NCBI GenBank assembly: GCA_965219385.1
Contig: CBDCNM010000002.1
Coordinates: 1,234,936 to 1,298,935, forward strand
DNA length: 64,000 nt
Origin: Candidatus Latescibacterota bacterium
Lineage (GTDB): Bacteria > Latescibacterota > UBA2968 > UBA8231
Direction: 5' to 3'
Shown here: positions 10,137-21,716 of the stretch, piece after piece
Layout of the letters: every line of letters begins with the position of its first letter
Numbering within the stretch: the stretch's first letter is position 1
Notes under the pieces: model-generated
The model's input: the letters and a program-made list of their open reading frames with translations, nothing else
Told to the model about the DNA's origin: nothing
Database searches by the model: none
Made by a program: the position numbers and the translations under genes

Positions 10137-12089
10137 TTAGATTGTTCGGGTGTAGGAAACACTAAAACTATCGAAAGTACCGCTCTTCTGCCGCGAGCGA
10201 CTCCCGTTCATGCTGAGCGATGTTGCACTACTGGGATTGTAGCTTATCGACATGCCCAGGTTCTGATGCTGGTTGCGCCGTCTCTCAAGGCGCAATTCCC
10301 GCAAGTCTTCGTAGCGGTGTTCCCACTGACGGTCCAGGCGATGGGAATAACTGATGCTGGTAGTTACAATGCTACTGGGAGAATAAGACATGCCAAAGGA
10401 GAAACTATGGTCGCCGTTGTCCTCCTCCACCAGCTGGGCACCGCTTTCGACGATCAGCTTGCCGAAATCATCGGCACTGTAGCCATACCTGCCGTTGAAC
10501 CTCAGGTGCTCGAAGACCTTGCGGTTGACAGAATGCGACATGTTCCAGCCCCGGCGAATATTGCTCTTGCGCCTGATTTCACTGCGGTTGACCTGGCGGT
10601 CGAAGTCAAAAATCGTTCGTTTGGCGGATATGCCGAAGTTGTGCGAGATACTGGCCCCGAACCGCTCGTACCGGGTTTTGAAGTCCAGGCCTATATCCCG
10701 ATTCCTGGAATTGTTACTGGAACGAGCCGCATGCAGGCTCACTTTGTGTGAAAAACGTGTGCTGAGCCCGATGGTCAGATTGAGCCCACTGGACAGAGTA
10801 CCACTGTAGCGCAAACTCGAACTCCCGGAAAAGGTATCTCGGTCCTGTTGTCGAGCACCGGGATTGTCATCTCCAATAGACCGCACCTGTCCGGACAATT
10901 TGAGCGAGTGTTTTTCCGCCAGTTCCCAGTCGAGCGATCCTCTCAGGGCCAGGTCCCGGTCCTCGCGATCCGCGCTGGAGTCGCGAGAAGCCCGGCCATC
11001 GCCCAGTTTCACCGGAAGACGGCCCTCGTCCCTTGCAATATAATCGAAAGAGGTACTTCCCACCAACCAGTCCACCAACCTACCCGACACCGAGGTCTTG
11101 ATCTTCCAATTAGTGCTCTCCCGGTCCTTGCCGAAATAAGTGTTCTGCAGATCCTCGGCGGCATTGGCCGTATTGGTGTTCAGCTTCTCCGAGTAGCTGC
11201 TACTGGTTTTCACGTCAAAACGGCCGGCCTTGAAGTTCACGCTCGAAGTGAGGCTGGTATTGCGGCTCTGGGAGATCTCGGCCCCTACGGTCGTATCTCG
11301 AAAGGCATCTCCATCTATTTCCCGTTCTGTGATCACCGGGCGGGTTACCCCCCGCTGGCTGCGGGATTCAGAGACCCTGAGAGTGGTGCGCACATCGAGG
11401 GGCAGGGTGTAATTCCAGCTCAGGCTCAGGGATTCGTTGCGTTTTTTATTGTTTTTTAAGGTATTGTCGCTTTTCCTCAAGCTGAGCGACGTATTCAGCT
11501 TTTTGCTGCCTATATCGAAAGCGGGCGAAGCGCTGAGCGATGCGCTGTACCGGATCCCTTTTTCCTGGATGGTGCTGTCGAGATTGGCCCGGCTGGCCCG
11601 CTGGGCGGTAATGACTCCTGGAACCAGACCTACACTCATAGACCGAAAAACACCTTCCTGGAATGGCTTATAGGAAAAACTGAAGCTGTAGCTTTGCTGG
11701 CGAATTTTCTGTTTCTGCAAAGCGGCATTGCTGGTCGACATTCTGCCTCTGATTCCAATTGAGGCTCTGGGACCCAGAATAGGGTAGTTGATCGAGCTTC
11801 TGAGCGAGGCATTGTCCTTCCATATGTTGCGGTCCCCGCGCTGATCCAGAGTATACCCCATACTGGCCGAGAGGGACAGGCGCAGCTTGGAAGTCGTGTC
11901 CCCGGCTGCTGAAAACTGTACGGGCACGGCATAGCTCCAGCCGGGAAAGGTCGGCTGCCAACTCATGCGCGTACTTGTCTTTGAAAACCGCAAGGTGTAT
12001 TTTTCCGCACCCACTGGCAGAAGATGAAACCACACCAGTCCCGCGCTGATCAACCCGATCCACAACCGCGACACCGGCATAAATCTCAT
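10137..12089 (-). CDS. Hypothetical exported protein, probable outer-membrane beta-barrel
   Basis: N-terminal signal-peptide-like segment, S/T/R/aromatic-rich alternating strands, ends FSVSYTRTI. Confidence 0.65.
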   Translation of the reverse strand: MRFMPVSRLWIGLISAGLVWFHLLPVGAEKYTLRFSKTSTRMSWQPTFPGWSYAVPVQFSAAGDTTSKLRLSLSASMGYTLDQRGDRNIWKDNASLRSSINYPILGPRASIGIRGRMSTSNAALQKQKIRQQSYSFSFSYKPFQEGVFRSMSVGLVPGVITAQRASRANLDSTIQEKGIRYSASLSASPAFDIGSKKLNTSLSLRKSDNTLKNNKKRNESLSLSWNYTLPLDVRTTLRVSESRSQRGVTRPVITEREIDGDAFRDTTVGAEISQSRNTSLTSSVNFKAGRFDVKTSSSYSEKLNTNTANAAEDLQNTYFGKDRESTNWKIKTSVSGRLVDWLVGSTSFDYIARDEGRLPVKLGDGRASRDSSADREDRDLALRGSLDWELAEKHSLKLSGQVRSIGDDNPGARQQDRDTFSGSSSLRYSGTLSSGLNLTIGLSTRFSHKVSLHAARSSNNSRNRDIGLDFKTRYERFGASISHNFGISAKRTIFDFDRQVNRSEIRRKSNIRRGWNMSHSVNRKVFEHLRFNGRYGYSADDFGKLIVESGAQLVEEDNGDHSFSFGMSYSPSSIVTTSISYSHRLDRQWEHRYEDLRELRLERRRNQHQNLGMSISYNPSSATSLSMNGSRSRQKSGTFDSFSVSYTRTI

Positions 12090-12101
12090 TCCTTATGTTT
12101 A

Positions 12102-12204
12102 AGAAGCCATCTCAAAACCCCCGGCGGCCGGCGGCCGGCTGCAACGCCGGCCCCCGCCGTTGCAGCCGGGCTTTGGGCTCACCAGGAATTTTAAGACGGC
12201 TTCT
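12102..12204. mobile_element. MITE-like element with IS5-type terminal inverted repeats
   Basis: Ends AGAAGCCATCTCAAAA / TTTTAAGACGGCTTCT match the ends of the IS at 56443-57347 (AGAAGCCGTCTGAAAA); internal GC hairpin. Confidence 0.75.
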
Positions 12205-13057
12205 TGTTGTTGCCAGGTGGTCCCGGCCCGGCTGCGGCAAAAGCATCGCTGAGAAGACCGAACTCTTCCAGGGTCAGGGTTTCGGGCCGGCGCTGCAGAT
12301 CCAAGGCTGCGTGCGCGGCGATCTTTTCCAATTCTTCGCGACCTCCCCGGGGCACCAGACCCAGCAGTGAATTGCGCAGCATTTTGCGTCTTTGCGCAAA
12401 AGCCGTACGCACCAAGCGGGTGAAAAATCCTTCATCCTGCACAGGGTAGCGACAGCTACTCCTGAAATTCAGCTCCACCACCGTGGATTCCACCTTGGGT
12501 ACCGGCCGAAAAGCCCGACGGCTGACCTCGAGACGCACTTTCACTTCCGCATGCATGGCCAATAGAACCGATAACAAGCTGTAGTCTTTTGTACCAGGAG
12601 GAGCTACCAGACGCCATGCCACCTCGGACTGGAGCATCAAAAAGGCCTTGCCGACACAGTCCACCTGCTCCAGGAGCCGAAAGAGTAAGGGCGCAGTAAT
12701 ATTGTAGGGTAAATTTCCGACTATCAGTAGTTTTTCTTTTCCTTCTTCCCGCGCCACTCCGCGCAAATCCAGCCGCAGAATATCGTCTTCAATCAGACGA
12801 AACTTAGGGCCGACAAAACGCTGGCACAAAAACGCCGCCAGATCGCGATCAATCTCCACGACCACCAGATGCTCCAGGCGGGCGACCAGCGGTTTGGTAA
12901 GAGCGCCCCGCCCCGGCCCGATTTCCAGCACCCGATCGGTCTCCTGCGGCTGCACCAGGTCGACAATTTGCCGGATGGCGGAAGGATCTACCAGGAAGTG
13001 CTGGCCAAAGCGTTTGCGGGGCCGGGGCAGTTTATGCGCTGGCTGTTTTTTTGTCAA
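12191..13057 (-). CDS. rsmA: 16S rRNA m6,2A dimethyltransferase KsgA
   Basis: KRFGQHFL, VLEIGPGRGALT, GNLPYNI, FRPVPKVES. Confidence 0.97.
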   Translation of the reverse strand: MTKKQPAHKLPRPRKRFGQHFLVDPSAIRQIVDLVQPQETDRVLEIGPGRGALTKPLVARLEHLVVVEIDRDLAAFLCQRFVGPKFRLIEDDILRLDLRGVAREEGKEKLLIVGNLPYNITAPLLFRLLEQVDCVGKAFLMLQSEVAWRLVAPPGTKDYSLLSVLLAMHAEVKVRLEVSRRAFRPVPKVESTVVELNFRSSCRYPVQDEGFFTRLVRTAFAQRRKMLRNSLLGLVPRGGREELEKIAAHAALDLQRRPETLTLEEFGLLSDAFAAAGPGPPGNNKKPS

Positions 13058-14153
13058 TATCCAACTTCTCCGAACCCCCGGGGTGACGCAGGCACTGCCA
13101 CAAATCGGCCAGCACCAGATTGGAACTCACGTTGCGCCACAGGTGCTCAAAAGCTCGATCCAGCGCAATGGCGGCATCCTCGATCTGGTCCACCTGAAAC
13201 AAGGGCTGTACCTGGGCCAGGAAATCCAGCCGATCCGCGCAGACGACTCTTGTCTCACCTCCACAAGCCATCAGCCATAGATCGCGCAAATACAGACTGC
13301 ATCCTCGCAGGAAGTCCTCCAGGCGGTCGCGCTCCGCACTGCCTCCCACTTCGTCCAGTAAAGACCAGTAGGACTCGTCCTCTCTCCCGAGTCCTGCCAG
13401 CAGAAATCTTTCCACCCGCTCACGCGTCTCATCGAATTCTCCTTCTGCAATCCGCACGGCCCGCTGCACACTCCCCGCCCCCAGGCGCACGGCCAATTCG
13501 AGCCGCTCTGGGCCGACCTCCAGTTCCCGTAGGTGCGCCCTCAGTTCTTCCTGGCTCAGACTTTGCAGTGGGACCTGCTGACAACGAGAGAGAATGGTGG
13601 GAAGGAGGCGTTCCGGCGCTGCCGAAACCAGGATGAAAATCGCATTCACAGGCGGCTCTTCCAGGATCTTGAGCAGTGAATTAGCTCCGGCCGGATGTAT
13701 ACACTCAGCCGCGAAAATCAAGCCGATCCTACGAGGTGCTTCAGTAGGTGCATAGGCCATCTCCTTTTGCAGCATGCGAATGAAATCGCGGGCGATATTG
13801 ATATTGCTTGGGGAGGGCGAGAAGCCCTGCCGCAAATAATCCAGCACCGCTGTTCGCATGGCTTCCGGCAGACCCGCTTTGTCCCGTTTTTCCCGCCGTC
13901 CGGGCAAAGGCAATAACGCGTGCACATCGGGATGCAGCAATTGCTCGATCTTGCGACAGGCTATACAGCGGTCGCAGGCCTGACCGGCTGCCTCCTGACA
14001 GTTAATGGCTTTGGCCAACTCAAGGGCTAGACGCCTCTTCCCCGTGCCCGGGGGGCCGCTGATCAGTATGGTATGCGGCAGGCGCCGAGCCTGCAACCAG
14101 GCTTGCACCAGTGTCTTGGCACGCTCCTGACCAATGATACTAGCAAAAGACAC
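13032..14153 (-). CDS. holB: DNA polymerase III delta-prime subunit
   Basis: IIGQ, CDRCIAC zinc motif, HPD, ANSLLKILEEPP, TILSRC. Confidence 0.92.
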   Translation of the reverse strand: MSFASIIGQERAKTLVQAWLQARRLPHTILISGPPGTGKRRLALELAKAINCQEAAGQACDRCIACRKIEQLLHPDVHALLPLPGRREKRDKAGLPEAMRTAVLDYLRQGFSPSPSNINIARDFIRMLQKEMAYAPTEAPRRIGLIFAAECIHPAGANSLLKILEEPPVNAIFILVSAAPERLLPTILSRCQQVPLQSLSQEELRAHLRELEVGPERLELAVRLGAGSVQRAVRIAEGEFDETRERVERFLLAGLGREDESYWSLLDEVGGSAERDRLEDFLRGCSLYLRDLWLMACGGETRVVCADRLDFLAQVQPLFQVDQIEDAAIALDRAFEHLWRNVSSNLVLADLWQCLRHPGGSEKLDIDKKTASA

Positions 14154-14158
14154 AGAGA

Positions 14159-15271
14159 TTATCTCTTTACCAGGCTCTCCAGGTTATCCTCGGCGAAAAA
14201 GTGGGCCTTGTCTACTTCTACGGCCAGCTTCACCTCCTGATCCACAACCGGCATGTGCAACGGGTCCACCCGGGCCACAAAAGAAGACTTCCCAGTGGTG
14301 AGGTACAGAAAAACCTCGTTTCCCATGGGCTCGACGACCTCGACCGTGGCCACGATCTCAGCAGTCTCGACACTCCTGCCGACGGTCTCTGGATCATGAA
14401 TGTCTTCAGGCCGGATGCCGAAGGTAATTTCACGGCCGATGTGATCCCTCAACTGTTCTTTGTAAAAGGCCGGTAGTTGAATCTGGATACGGCCCTCGTC
14501 GAAGGCCAGTTTTCCATTGCCATCGGACACCAATCGTCCGCTTATGAAGTTCATCGACGGGCTACCGATAAACCCCGCGACGAACTGGTTGATCGGGTTG
14601 TTGTAGAGATTCAGCGGTGTCTCGATTTGTTGAATAAGGCCATCTTTCATAACTACGATGCGATCTCCCATGGTCATGGCCTCCACCTGGTCATGGGTCA
14701 CGTAGATCATGGTCGCCTCCAGGCGCGAATGTAGTTTGCTGATCTCTGCGCGCATCTGCACGCGCAATTTGGCATCCAGATTGGACAAAGGTTCGTCGAA
14801 TAAGAAGACCTTGGGCTTGCGAACAATAGCGCGGCCCACGGCTACGCGCTGCCGTTGGCCGCCGGACAGGGCCTTGGGCTTGCGCTCCAAAAGCTCCTGA
14901 ATTCCCAGAATATCGGCTGCTTCCCGCACGCGGGTTTCGATTTTATCTTTGGCGTATTTCCGCAATTTCAACCCAAAGGCCATATTCTGATATACCGTCA
15001 TGTGCGGATAGAGGGCATAATTTTGGAAGACCATGGCGATATCGCGATCCTTGGGAGGAATATCGTTGACCAGTTCCCCATCAATGTAGATCTCGCCGCT
15101 GGTTACCTCTTCCAGGCCTGCGATCATGCGCAGGGTGGTCGATTTCCCGCATCCAGAAGGTCCCACCAGGACCACGAATTCCCTATCCTTGATCTCTATA
15201 TTGGCATCGTCCACCGCCACGACATTTTTGTCAAAAATTTTGCGTAGATTCTTGAGAACTACCTCGGCCAT
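14159..15271 (-). CDS. Carbohydrate ABC transporter ATPase (MsmX/MalK/UgpC family), no permease nearby
   Basis: [26 protein letters not shown]-terminal TOBE region. Confidence 0.95.
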   Translation of the reverse strand: MAEVVLKNLRKIFDKNVVAVDDANIEIKDREFVVLVGPSGCGKSTTLRMIAGLEEVTSGEIYIDGELVNDIPPKDRDIAMVFQNYALYPHMTVYQNMAFGLKLRKYAKDKIETRVREAADILGIQELLERKPKALSGGQRQRVAVGRAIVRKPKVFLFDEPLSNLDAKLRVQMRAEISKLHSRLEATMIYVTHDQVEAMTMGDRIVVMKDGLIQQIETPLNLYNNPINQFVAGFIGSPSMNFISGRLVSDGNGKLAFDEGRIQIQLPAFYKEQLRDHIGREITFGIRPEDIHDPETVGRSVETAEIVATVEVVEPMGNEVFLYLTTGKSSFVARVDPLHMPVVDQEVKLAVEVDKAHFFAEDNLESLVKR

Positions 15272-15771
15272 GGCATTTCCCCCGAAACAAGGTGAGAGGT
15301 CTCGATATTCTTATGCATCACCTGGGCGTGCTCCATCGGTCTGGTGTAGTAATAGGGGCGCACCCCCGCCGGCTGAAATCCGTGCCGCTGATACAGCTGT
15401 TGCGCTATTCGATTGGAGGCGCGCACTTCCAGGGTGCAGACACGGCCCCCTTTTTGTCTGGCCTTTTCTAGTAGCTGCTGCAGCAAAACTCCCCCCCACC
15501 CCCGCCGGCGCTGGGCTGGATCGACGGCCAGACTGGCCAGGTGGAAATCAGCATCTTCTACATAACCAATGGCGTAGCCTATGAGTTCTCGTCTCGCCCA
15601 TACACCCAGGCACAAAGCGCCTTCATCCTGCAAAACACAGCGCAATTCCACCGCAGACCAGGGGCTGGTAAAACACAGATTTTCGATCTTCAGTACCTGC
15701 TTGAGACAAACTTCCGTCAACTCTGCAAGACCATGCCCTGGGGCACTGCGCCAATCCGTCTCAAAACTCAA
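15259..15771 (-). CDS. rimI: Ribosomal protein S18-alanine N-acetyltransferase
   Basis: GNAT motifs LAVDP...RRRGWG and LEVRASN...YY; TTG start overlaps the tsaB stop. Confidence 0.88.
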   Translation of the reverse strand: MSFETDWRSAPGHGLAELTEVCLKQVLKIENLCFTSPWSAVELRCVLQDEGALCLGVWARRELIGYAIGYVEDADFHLASLAVDPAQRRRGWGGVLLQQLLEKARQKGGRVCTLEVRASNRIAQQLYQRHGFQPAGVRPYYYTRPMEHAQVMHKNIETSHLVSGEMPWPR

Positions 15772-16475
15772 TCGCCGACCTCCTCCTCGCCGCGCTGGCG
15801 GGACTTCCCGATCTCGACATAGGGTTTGCGGAGGTACTGGGGCTCGACCCCTTCCAGGTTCGCTGTTTCGCCGGCTCTCAACTTGACAAGCCCCAGCCAG
15901 CCAGTGGTTCCCGCCTCGGGTCGGGCACAATGAAAAGGTGCTGGCAAGGCCTGTGGACAAGCCATTATGAGGTCTTTATAGGTGCCTACCCCATCCCCCA
16001 AAAAGATGATCCTTTCTCCGCCAAGCTCTTGCAACAGGGCCTCTGGCGCCACCGCGCGAGGAGGAGACAAGGTCTGGGGATACCCCTCAGAAGTGTCGTA
16101 GAGCGCCGTGTACACTTCCTTCCTGTGGGCATCCAGCACGACACAAACCGGGTGCTGGGCAAAGGGCACGCGCGCGGCCAGCGCTTCCAAAGTCGATACC
16201 GCAACCAGCGCTTTATCACCGGCCAGGCACAGGCCCTTGGCCGCGCTCAGGCCGATCCGCAAGCCCGTGAAAGATCCAGGCCCGATAGAAACTGCTATAG
16301 CATCGACATCGTCGAGTGCGGGCTCAACGCTTGTAAAGATTTCTTCAATCTCGACGAAAAGATGCTGGGAGTGCTGCAAACCCGTATCGAAATAACGGCC
16401 TGTGATGGTCTTCTCGTCATCCACCAGGGCAACACTGCCAGCTGATGTGGCTGTTTCGAGCGCGAGAATCAGCAA
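15768..16475 (-). CDS. tsaB: t6A biosynthesis protein TsaB
   Basis: ILALETAT, GPGSFTGLRIG, DAHRKEVY, PQYLR. Confidence 0.96.
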   Translation of the reverse strand: MLILALETATSAGSVALVDDEKTITGRYFDTGLQHSQHLFVEIEEIFTSVEPALDDVDAIAVSIGPGSFTGLRIGLSAAKGLCLAGDKALVAVSTLEALAARVPFAQHPVCVVLDAHRKEVYTALYDTSEGYPQTLSPPRAVAPEALLQELGGERIIFLGDGVGTYKDLIMACPQALPAPFHCARPEAGTTGWLGLVKLRAGETANLEGVEPQYLRKPYVEIGKSRQRGEEEVGD

Positions 16476-17513
16476 TTACAACAGATCCAGTTGTTCGCCG
16501 TCGAGTGGTTCGGGTGGTTTGTAGTCCAAGTGTTCGTAGGCGCGCTCCATGGCCATGCGCCCCCTGGGCATGCGCTTTATGAAGCCCTCCTTGATCAGGT
16601 AGGGTTCATACACCTCTTCTATGGTCTCCTCCTCTTCACCTATGACCGCCGCCAGGTTGCTCAGACCGACTGGACCGCCGTCGAACTTGTCTATAATAGC
16701 CGCTAGCAACCTGATATCTATCTCATCCAGGCCAATTTCATCCACGTTGAGCATACTCAGGGCTCGACTCACTATCTTGGCATCAATGGATCCGTCTCCC
16801 TCTACCTGAGCGTAGTCCCGGACCCGCCGCAGCCAGCGTTTGGCGATGCGCGCTGTACCGCGGGAGCGTCTGGCGATTTCCAGGGCACCATCATCGCTGA
16901 TTTTGAACCCCAACAAGCGCGCATCCCGCTTGGCGATCTCGGCCAGCTCTTCAGCCGTGTAGTAGTCGAGGTGAATGGTGATGCCGAAACGGGCTCGCAT
17001 AGGCGAGGTCAACAGGCCCTGGCGCGTGGTCGCACCCACCAGGGTGAAGGGCTCCAGGGGGATGGGCACAGAGCGCGCCTGGGGGCCCTGGTCGATCATT
17101 ATGTCGATCCGAAAGTCCTCCATGGCCGAGTAGAGGTACTCCTCCACCACGCGGTTGACCCGGTGGATCTCGTCGATGAACAGTACGTCGCGCGGCCCCA
17201 GGCTGGTGAGGACGCCGGCCAGATCTCCTGGCCTCTCGAGCAAGGGCCCGGAGGTATGATAAATCTGCACCCCCAGTTCCTGGGCGATCACATAGGAAAT
17301 CGTGGTTTTACCCAGCCCGGGCGGCCCGTAGAACAGGGCATGGTCCATGGCTTCGTCGCGCTGCCTGGCCGCCTTGATGGCAATCCGCAGTTGCTGCTTG
17401 GCCTTCTCCTGCCCCAGCATCTCGTCCAGGGAGGTGGGCCGCAAGGTATTGTCGAACTCCCGATCCTCATCGTCGGACTCGGGGTCTACGAAACGATCTG
17501 CCATCCGCTCCAT
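16476..17513 (-). CDS. ruvB: Holliday junction helicase RuvB
   Basis: [23 protein letters not shown]. Confidence 0.98.
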   Translation of the reverse strand: MERMADRFVDPESDDEDREFDNTLRPTSLDEMLGQEKAKQQLRIAIKAARQRDEAMDHALFYGPPGLGKTTISYVIAQELGVQIYHTSGPLLERPGDLAGVLTSLGPRDVLFIDEIHRVNRVVEEYLYSAMEDFRIDIMIDQGPQARSVPIPLEPFTLVGATTRQGLLTSPMRARFGITIHLDYYTAEELAEIAKRDARLLGFKISDDGALEIARRSRGTARIAKRWLRRVRDYAQVEGDGSIDAKIVSRALSMLNVDEIGLDEIDIRLLAAIIDKFDGGPVGLSNLAAVIGEEEETIEEVYEPYLIKEGFIKRMPRGRMAMERAYEHLDYKPPEPLDGEQLDLL

Positions 17514-17517
17514 CCGC

Positions 17518-18129
17518 TCAACGTTCCTTGAGGGCCTGTCTGATCAGCTGCTGTACGCTCTGGTCAGCCCCATTCTTTTGCACGGCTTTACCAACGGCCT
17601 GGCGCGCTGTAGAGGGCGCGAATCCCAGGGCAATCAGTGCCAGCACGGCTTCTTCCACTGTACTGGCGTCGCCCTCGTCCTGGCTTTCCTCAGCACCGGT
17701 GCTCTGGAAGGCGACAGCCTGGATCTTGTCTTTCAGTTCGACAACCATGCGCTCGGCCGTCTTTCTTCCTATGCCTTTGACAGCCGTTAGCTCATTGACC
17801 CGCTCGTAAAATATGGCTTCCTGCAGGGCGGCAACCGACATGCCCGAAAGGATGGTTTGAGCCGAGTTGGGACCGATCCCGGAAACCCCGATCAGCAACT
17901 CGAATACCTCGCGTTCCCGTTCGTCGGCAAAGCCGAACAACTCCTGCCGGTCTTCGCGCACATAGTGGTGGGTGAGCAGTTTGGTCGCTGCCCCCAATTC
18001 GGGCAATTGCTCATAGGTCAGCAAAGAAATAGCGGCCTCATACCCAACTCCTCCTGCCTCTCCTCCTACCTCGACTATTGCAGAGGTGGGCGCTTTATAG
18101 ACCAGTTTTCCCCGCACATAAGCGATCAT
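17518..18129 (-). CDS. ruvA: Holliday junction binding protein RuvA
   Basis: [18 protein letters not shown], two HhH motifs, ALIALGF. Confidence 0.97.
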   Translation of the reverse strand: MIAYVRGKLVYKAPTSAIVEVGGEAGGVGYEAAISLLTYEQLPELGAATKLLTHHYVREDRQELFGFADEREREVFELLIGVSGIGPNSAQTILSGMSVAALQEAIFYERVNELTAVKGIGRKTAERMVVELKDKIQAVAFQSTGAEESQDEGDASTVEEAVLALIALGFAPSTARQAVGKAVQKNGADQSVQQLIRQALKER

Positions 18130-18147
18130 CTACAATCCACCGACAGC

Positions 18148-18690
18148 TTACCGCTTTTTTACCCGGCGCAACAATGCTTCAATTTCCAGTTTGCGCTGGC
18201 GCCCCACCTGATGCGGATTAAAACCCGGCTGATGCAAATGGCACAGGGCAATCGCCAGAGCATCCGATGCATCCAGTGGACGCGGCACTTCGCTTAAACT
18301 CAACAACCGGGCAATCATGAACTGAACCTGCTCCTTGGTAGCTCGACCCCGTCCTACCACTGCTTTCTTCACCTCCGCAGGAGTGTAATGAGCAACGGGA
18401 AGACCGGCCTTTCTTGCCGCCAGCACAAGAACCCCTCGCGCCTCCCCCAATCTGGCTGCAGCATTGGCGTCCTTCCCGAAGAAGGTAGTCTCTACAGCCA
18501 CCTGTTGGGGAGCGGCGCCGTCGATAATCTCACCCAGACGATCGTACATAAAAACCAGGCGATCCTCAAAGATCATGCCGGCTGGCGGACGTATACAACC
18601 ACATTCCAGGTAATGGTATCTGCGTTGACGATGCTCAAGCAACCCATAGCCAGTACTTGTGCTGCTGGGATCGACGCCGAGAACAATCAA
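18148..18690 (-). CDS. ruvC: Holliday junction resolvase RuvC
   Basis: LGVDP, EVKKAVVGRGRATKEQV, DASDALAIA. Confidence 0.97.
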   Translation of the reverse strand: MIVLGVDPSSTSTGYGLLEHRQRRYHYLECGCIRPPAGMIFEDRLVFMYDRLGEIIDGAAPQQVAVETTFFGKDANAAARLGEARGVLVLAARKAGLPVAHYTPAEVKKAVVGRGRATKEQVQFMIARLLSLSEVPRPLDASDALAIALCHLHQPGFNPHQVGRQRKLEIEALLRRVKKR

Positions 18691-18741
18691 AGCTGAGGGG
18701 AAAGACTGGGAATGTTACAGAACAGGATCACAGACCCCGGT

Positions 18742-19488
18742 CTAGGCCAGCAAATTCTGGAGTTCTTCTTCCTGAATGTCGAAATTCGAAAAAACCTTTT
18801 GCACGTCGTCGAGATCCTCCAGAGACTCCAGCAGGCGAATGATCTGTTCGACCTCTTGGCCCTGCACTTCGAGCATGTTCTGAGGCATCCAGACCAGGGA
18901 GGCCTGGGTGTGGGCAACACCATTCTCGTCCAGTGCCTGTTTGACTTCCTCGAAACCGGCTACCGGAGTTACGACCTCGTACACATCTTCGGCGTCCTGA
19001 ATGTCCTCGGCTCCGGCATCCATGACCGCCAGCATCAGATCCTCTTCGCCTATTCCACTCTTCTCGACCTCAATCAGTCCTTTCTGCTCGAACATCCAGG
19101 CCACAGATCCCTTTTCCGCCAGATTGCCGTTGCACTTGCTGAAGACGTGACGAATCTCGGCGACCGTGCGATTCTTGTTGTCCGTCAGGGTCTCCACCAT
19201 CAACGCTACCCCACCCGGTCCATAACCTTCGTAGGTAGCTTCTTCATACACTGCGCCGGGTTCGTCGCCCGTCCCCCTTCGAATGGCTCTATCGATGGTC
19301 GTCTGCGGCATATTTGCCAATTTGGCATTCTGCACCGCGGTGCGCAGGTGGGGGTTGGTGCTCTCGTCCCCTCCGTGGCGCGCGCTCACCGTGAGTTCCC
19401 TGATCAGTTTGGTGAACAGCTTGCCGCGTTTGGCGTCGTTGGCGCCTTTTTTGCGCTTGATAGTACTCCATTTGGAGTGCCCCGACAT
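18742..19488 (-). CDS. yebC: YebC/PmpR family protein
   Basis: MSGHSKWSTIKRKK, YEGYGPGG, DNKNRT. Confidence 0.97.
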   Translation of the reverse strand: MSGHSKWSTIKRKKGANDAKRGKLFTKLIRELTVSARHGGDESTNPHLRTAVQNAKLANMPQTTIDRAIRRGTGDEPGAVYEEATYEGYGPGGVALMVETLTDNKNRTVAEIRHVFSKCNGNLAEKGSVAWMFEQKGLIEVEKSGIGEEDLMLAVMDAGAEDIQDAEDVYEVVTPVAGFEEVKQALDENGVAHTQASLVWMPQNMLEVQGQEVEQIIRLLESLEDLDDVQKVFSNFDIQEEELQNLLA

Positions 19489-19640
19489 GGGTTTATCTCC
19501 TCTCTAGGTACCCGTTGAGAAAAATCTACCATGAAACGCTGACCAAGGCAACAGAAAAAAGAGCGGCTCTCGGATGGAAGGCAGAGAGCCACTCTTTGGA
19601 GAATCGCTGGAGAATGAGTGATTGGAGTTGCCGACGAATA

Positions 19641-21716
19641 TCAGGCCGCCTCTTTCTCTCTTTTGGAATCAGCCACGATTCTTTCCATAATATCATTGGG
19701 CACCTCTTCGTAGCGCTCGAATTTCTGCGTATGCAGACCTTTGCCGTGGCTCATCGAGCGCAGACTCGTAGCATAGCGATCTATCTCAGCCAGCGGCACC
19801 TCTGCCTGGATAATCTGCAAATGGCCGTCGGTGTCCATGCCACTAATGCGGCCCCGCCGAGAGGATATATCCCCCATCACATCTCCCATATACTCTTCGG
19901 GTACCGTGACGGTCAGGCTGTAAATGGGCTCGAGCAAGACGGGCCTAGCCTTGAGAAAAGCCTCTTTGAAAGCATGGGAACCGGCCAGCTTGAAAGAAAC
20001 CTCGTCCGAATCCACTGCATGGTGTTTGCCGTCGTACACGGTAGCGGCAACATCCACGACCTTGCAGCCGGACAAAGGTCCCTCCTCCAGGGACTCCACG
20101 ATACCCTTTTTCACCGCGGGGATGAAATTGCTGGGGATATTGCCCCCCACCACGACACTGGCGAACTCGAACCCTTCCCCGCGTTCTTTGGCATTGATCC
20201 GCAGAAAGACCTCGCCGAACTGGCCGCGGCCCCCGGTTTGTTTTTTGTGGCGGTAATGGCCTTCAGCATTGCGCCTGATAGTCTCTCTATAAGGTATCCG
20301 GGGCGCTTCGGTATCGATCTCTACACCAAAGCGATCCCGCAGGCGGTGGATGATCGAATCTAGGTGAACATCACCCTGGGCCAACAACAGGGACTGTTTG
20401 ATACCTGGATCGTAGGTAAACACGAAACTGGGATCCTCTTCGTGCAGCTGAGCCAGACCGGTGGCCATGCGATCCTCACCCCCCGTTTCTTTGGGTCCGA
20501 CTCCCACGCGAATCAGTGGCTCGGGAAATTCGATCCCCGGCAACACCAGCGACTCTCCTTTGGCACAGAGCGTATTGCCGGTGTGTGTGCCCCTGAGCTT
20601 AACCAAGGCTACGATATCACCTGCCTGTACCTCGTCGCTGACCTCGGTGCGTTGGTGTCCGTTCAGCCGAAAAGTCTGGCCAATGCGCTCGGTTGCCCTC
20701 TGGGCCGGATTGGAGACCTCATCTCCCGATTTCAGACTGCCGGCGTAGAGCCGCAAAAGGGTCAATTCACCCACGTGCTGTTCGGCCAGCGTTTTAAATA
20801 CCAGGGCGGCCAGTGGGGCGTCGCTCTTCCCTTCGAGCTGCACCTCACGTCCCTCCTCGTTCTGAAAATTCAGCCCGGACGCATTTTGCGGGTTCGGGAG
20901 ATAATCGACCATGGCATCCAGCAGTTTATCTACTCCAACGTTGTTGTAGGCATCTCCAAAGTAAACGGGAAAAAGCTCCAGTTGAGCTATGGCTTTGCCC
21001 AGGCCGGCTTTGAGTTCTTCGGGTGAAAGTTCGCCTGCCCCGAAGTACTTCTCCATGAGTTCTTCATCCGTTTCGGCTACCGCTTCCACCAGCTGCTCGT
21101 GCAATTCCTGGGCTGCGTCTTGAAAGTCGGGAGGAATTTCTCCTGCTTCGGCCTTTCCATCCTTGTAAGTCCGCAATTTCATCTCGACCAGATCGACGAT
21201 CTGATGAAAGCCTTCTCCCAGATTCACGGGAAGCTGCAACTGAACGACCTGGCGCCCGAAACGCTCCCGACACATCTCCAGAACCTGTTCCAAAACAATG
21301 TCTGAACGATCCATTTTGTTGATAAACAGCAAGCGAGGCAACTTGAAATCCGCGGCAAAGTTCCAGACCCTTTCCGTGCCTATTTCAACCCCGGTTACAG
21401 CATCCAGAATAACCACAGTGGCATCGGCGATCCTCAGAGCGCCCTTGGCTTCAGCAATAAAATCTGCATAGCCTGGCGTGTCGAGGATATTGAGGCGATG
21501 GGACTTCCAATCCCCGTTCAAAAGGGAAACCCTTACCGAGTACTGGCGCTCGATCTCTTCTTTGTCGTAATCTAAGACCGTGGTCCCGTCCTCAATGCGT
21601 CCCAGGCGATTGGTTAGCCCGAGATTAAAAAGCACGGCTTCCGCCAGCAAGGTCTTACCAGCACCACTGTGTCCGCTCAGAGCAATATTTCTGATTTGTT
21701 CGGTATTGTAAGCCAC
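19641..21716 (-). CDS. Elongation factor G paralog (EF-G2-like)
   Basis: Full EF-G domain set (DTPG, NKMD, KKQTGGRGQFG, HAVDS) with divergent G1 (GHSGAGKT) and switch I (RQYSV). Confidence 0.9.
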   Translation of the reverse strand: MAYNTEQIRNIALSGHSGAGKTLLAEAVLFNLGLTNRLGRIEDGTTVLDYDKEEIERQYSVRVSLLNGDWKSHRLNILDTPGYADFIAEAKGALRIADATVVILDAVTGVEIGTERVWNFAADFKLPRLLFINKMDRSDIVLEQVLEMCRERFGRQVVQLQLPVNLGEGFHQIVDLVEMKLRTYKDGKAEAGEIPPDFQDAAQELHEQLVEAVAETDEELMEKYFGAGELSPEELKAGLGKAIAQLELFPVYFGDAYNNVGVDKLLDAMVDYLPNPQNASGLNFQNEEGREVQLEGKSDAPLAALVFKTLAEQHVGELTLLRLYAGSLKSGDEVSNPAQRATERIGQTFRLNGHQRTEVSDEVQAGDIVALVKLRGTHTGNTLCAKGESLVLPGIEFPEPLIRVGVGPKETGGEDRMATGLAQLHEEDPSFVFTYDPGIKQSLLLAQGDVHLDSIIHRLRDRFGVEIDTEAPRIPYRETIRRNAEGHYRHKKQTGGRGQFGEVFLRINAKERGEGFEFASVVVGGNIPSNFIPAVKKGIVESLEEGPLSGCKVVDVAATVYDGKHHAVDSDEVSFKLAGSHAFKEAFLKARPVLLEPIYSLTVTVPEEYMGDVMGDISSRRGRISGMDTDGHLQIIQAEVPLAEIDRYATSLRSMSHGKGLHTQKFERYEEVPNDIMERIVADSKREKEAA

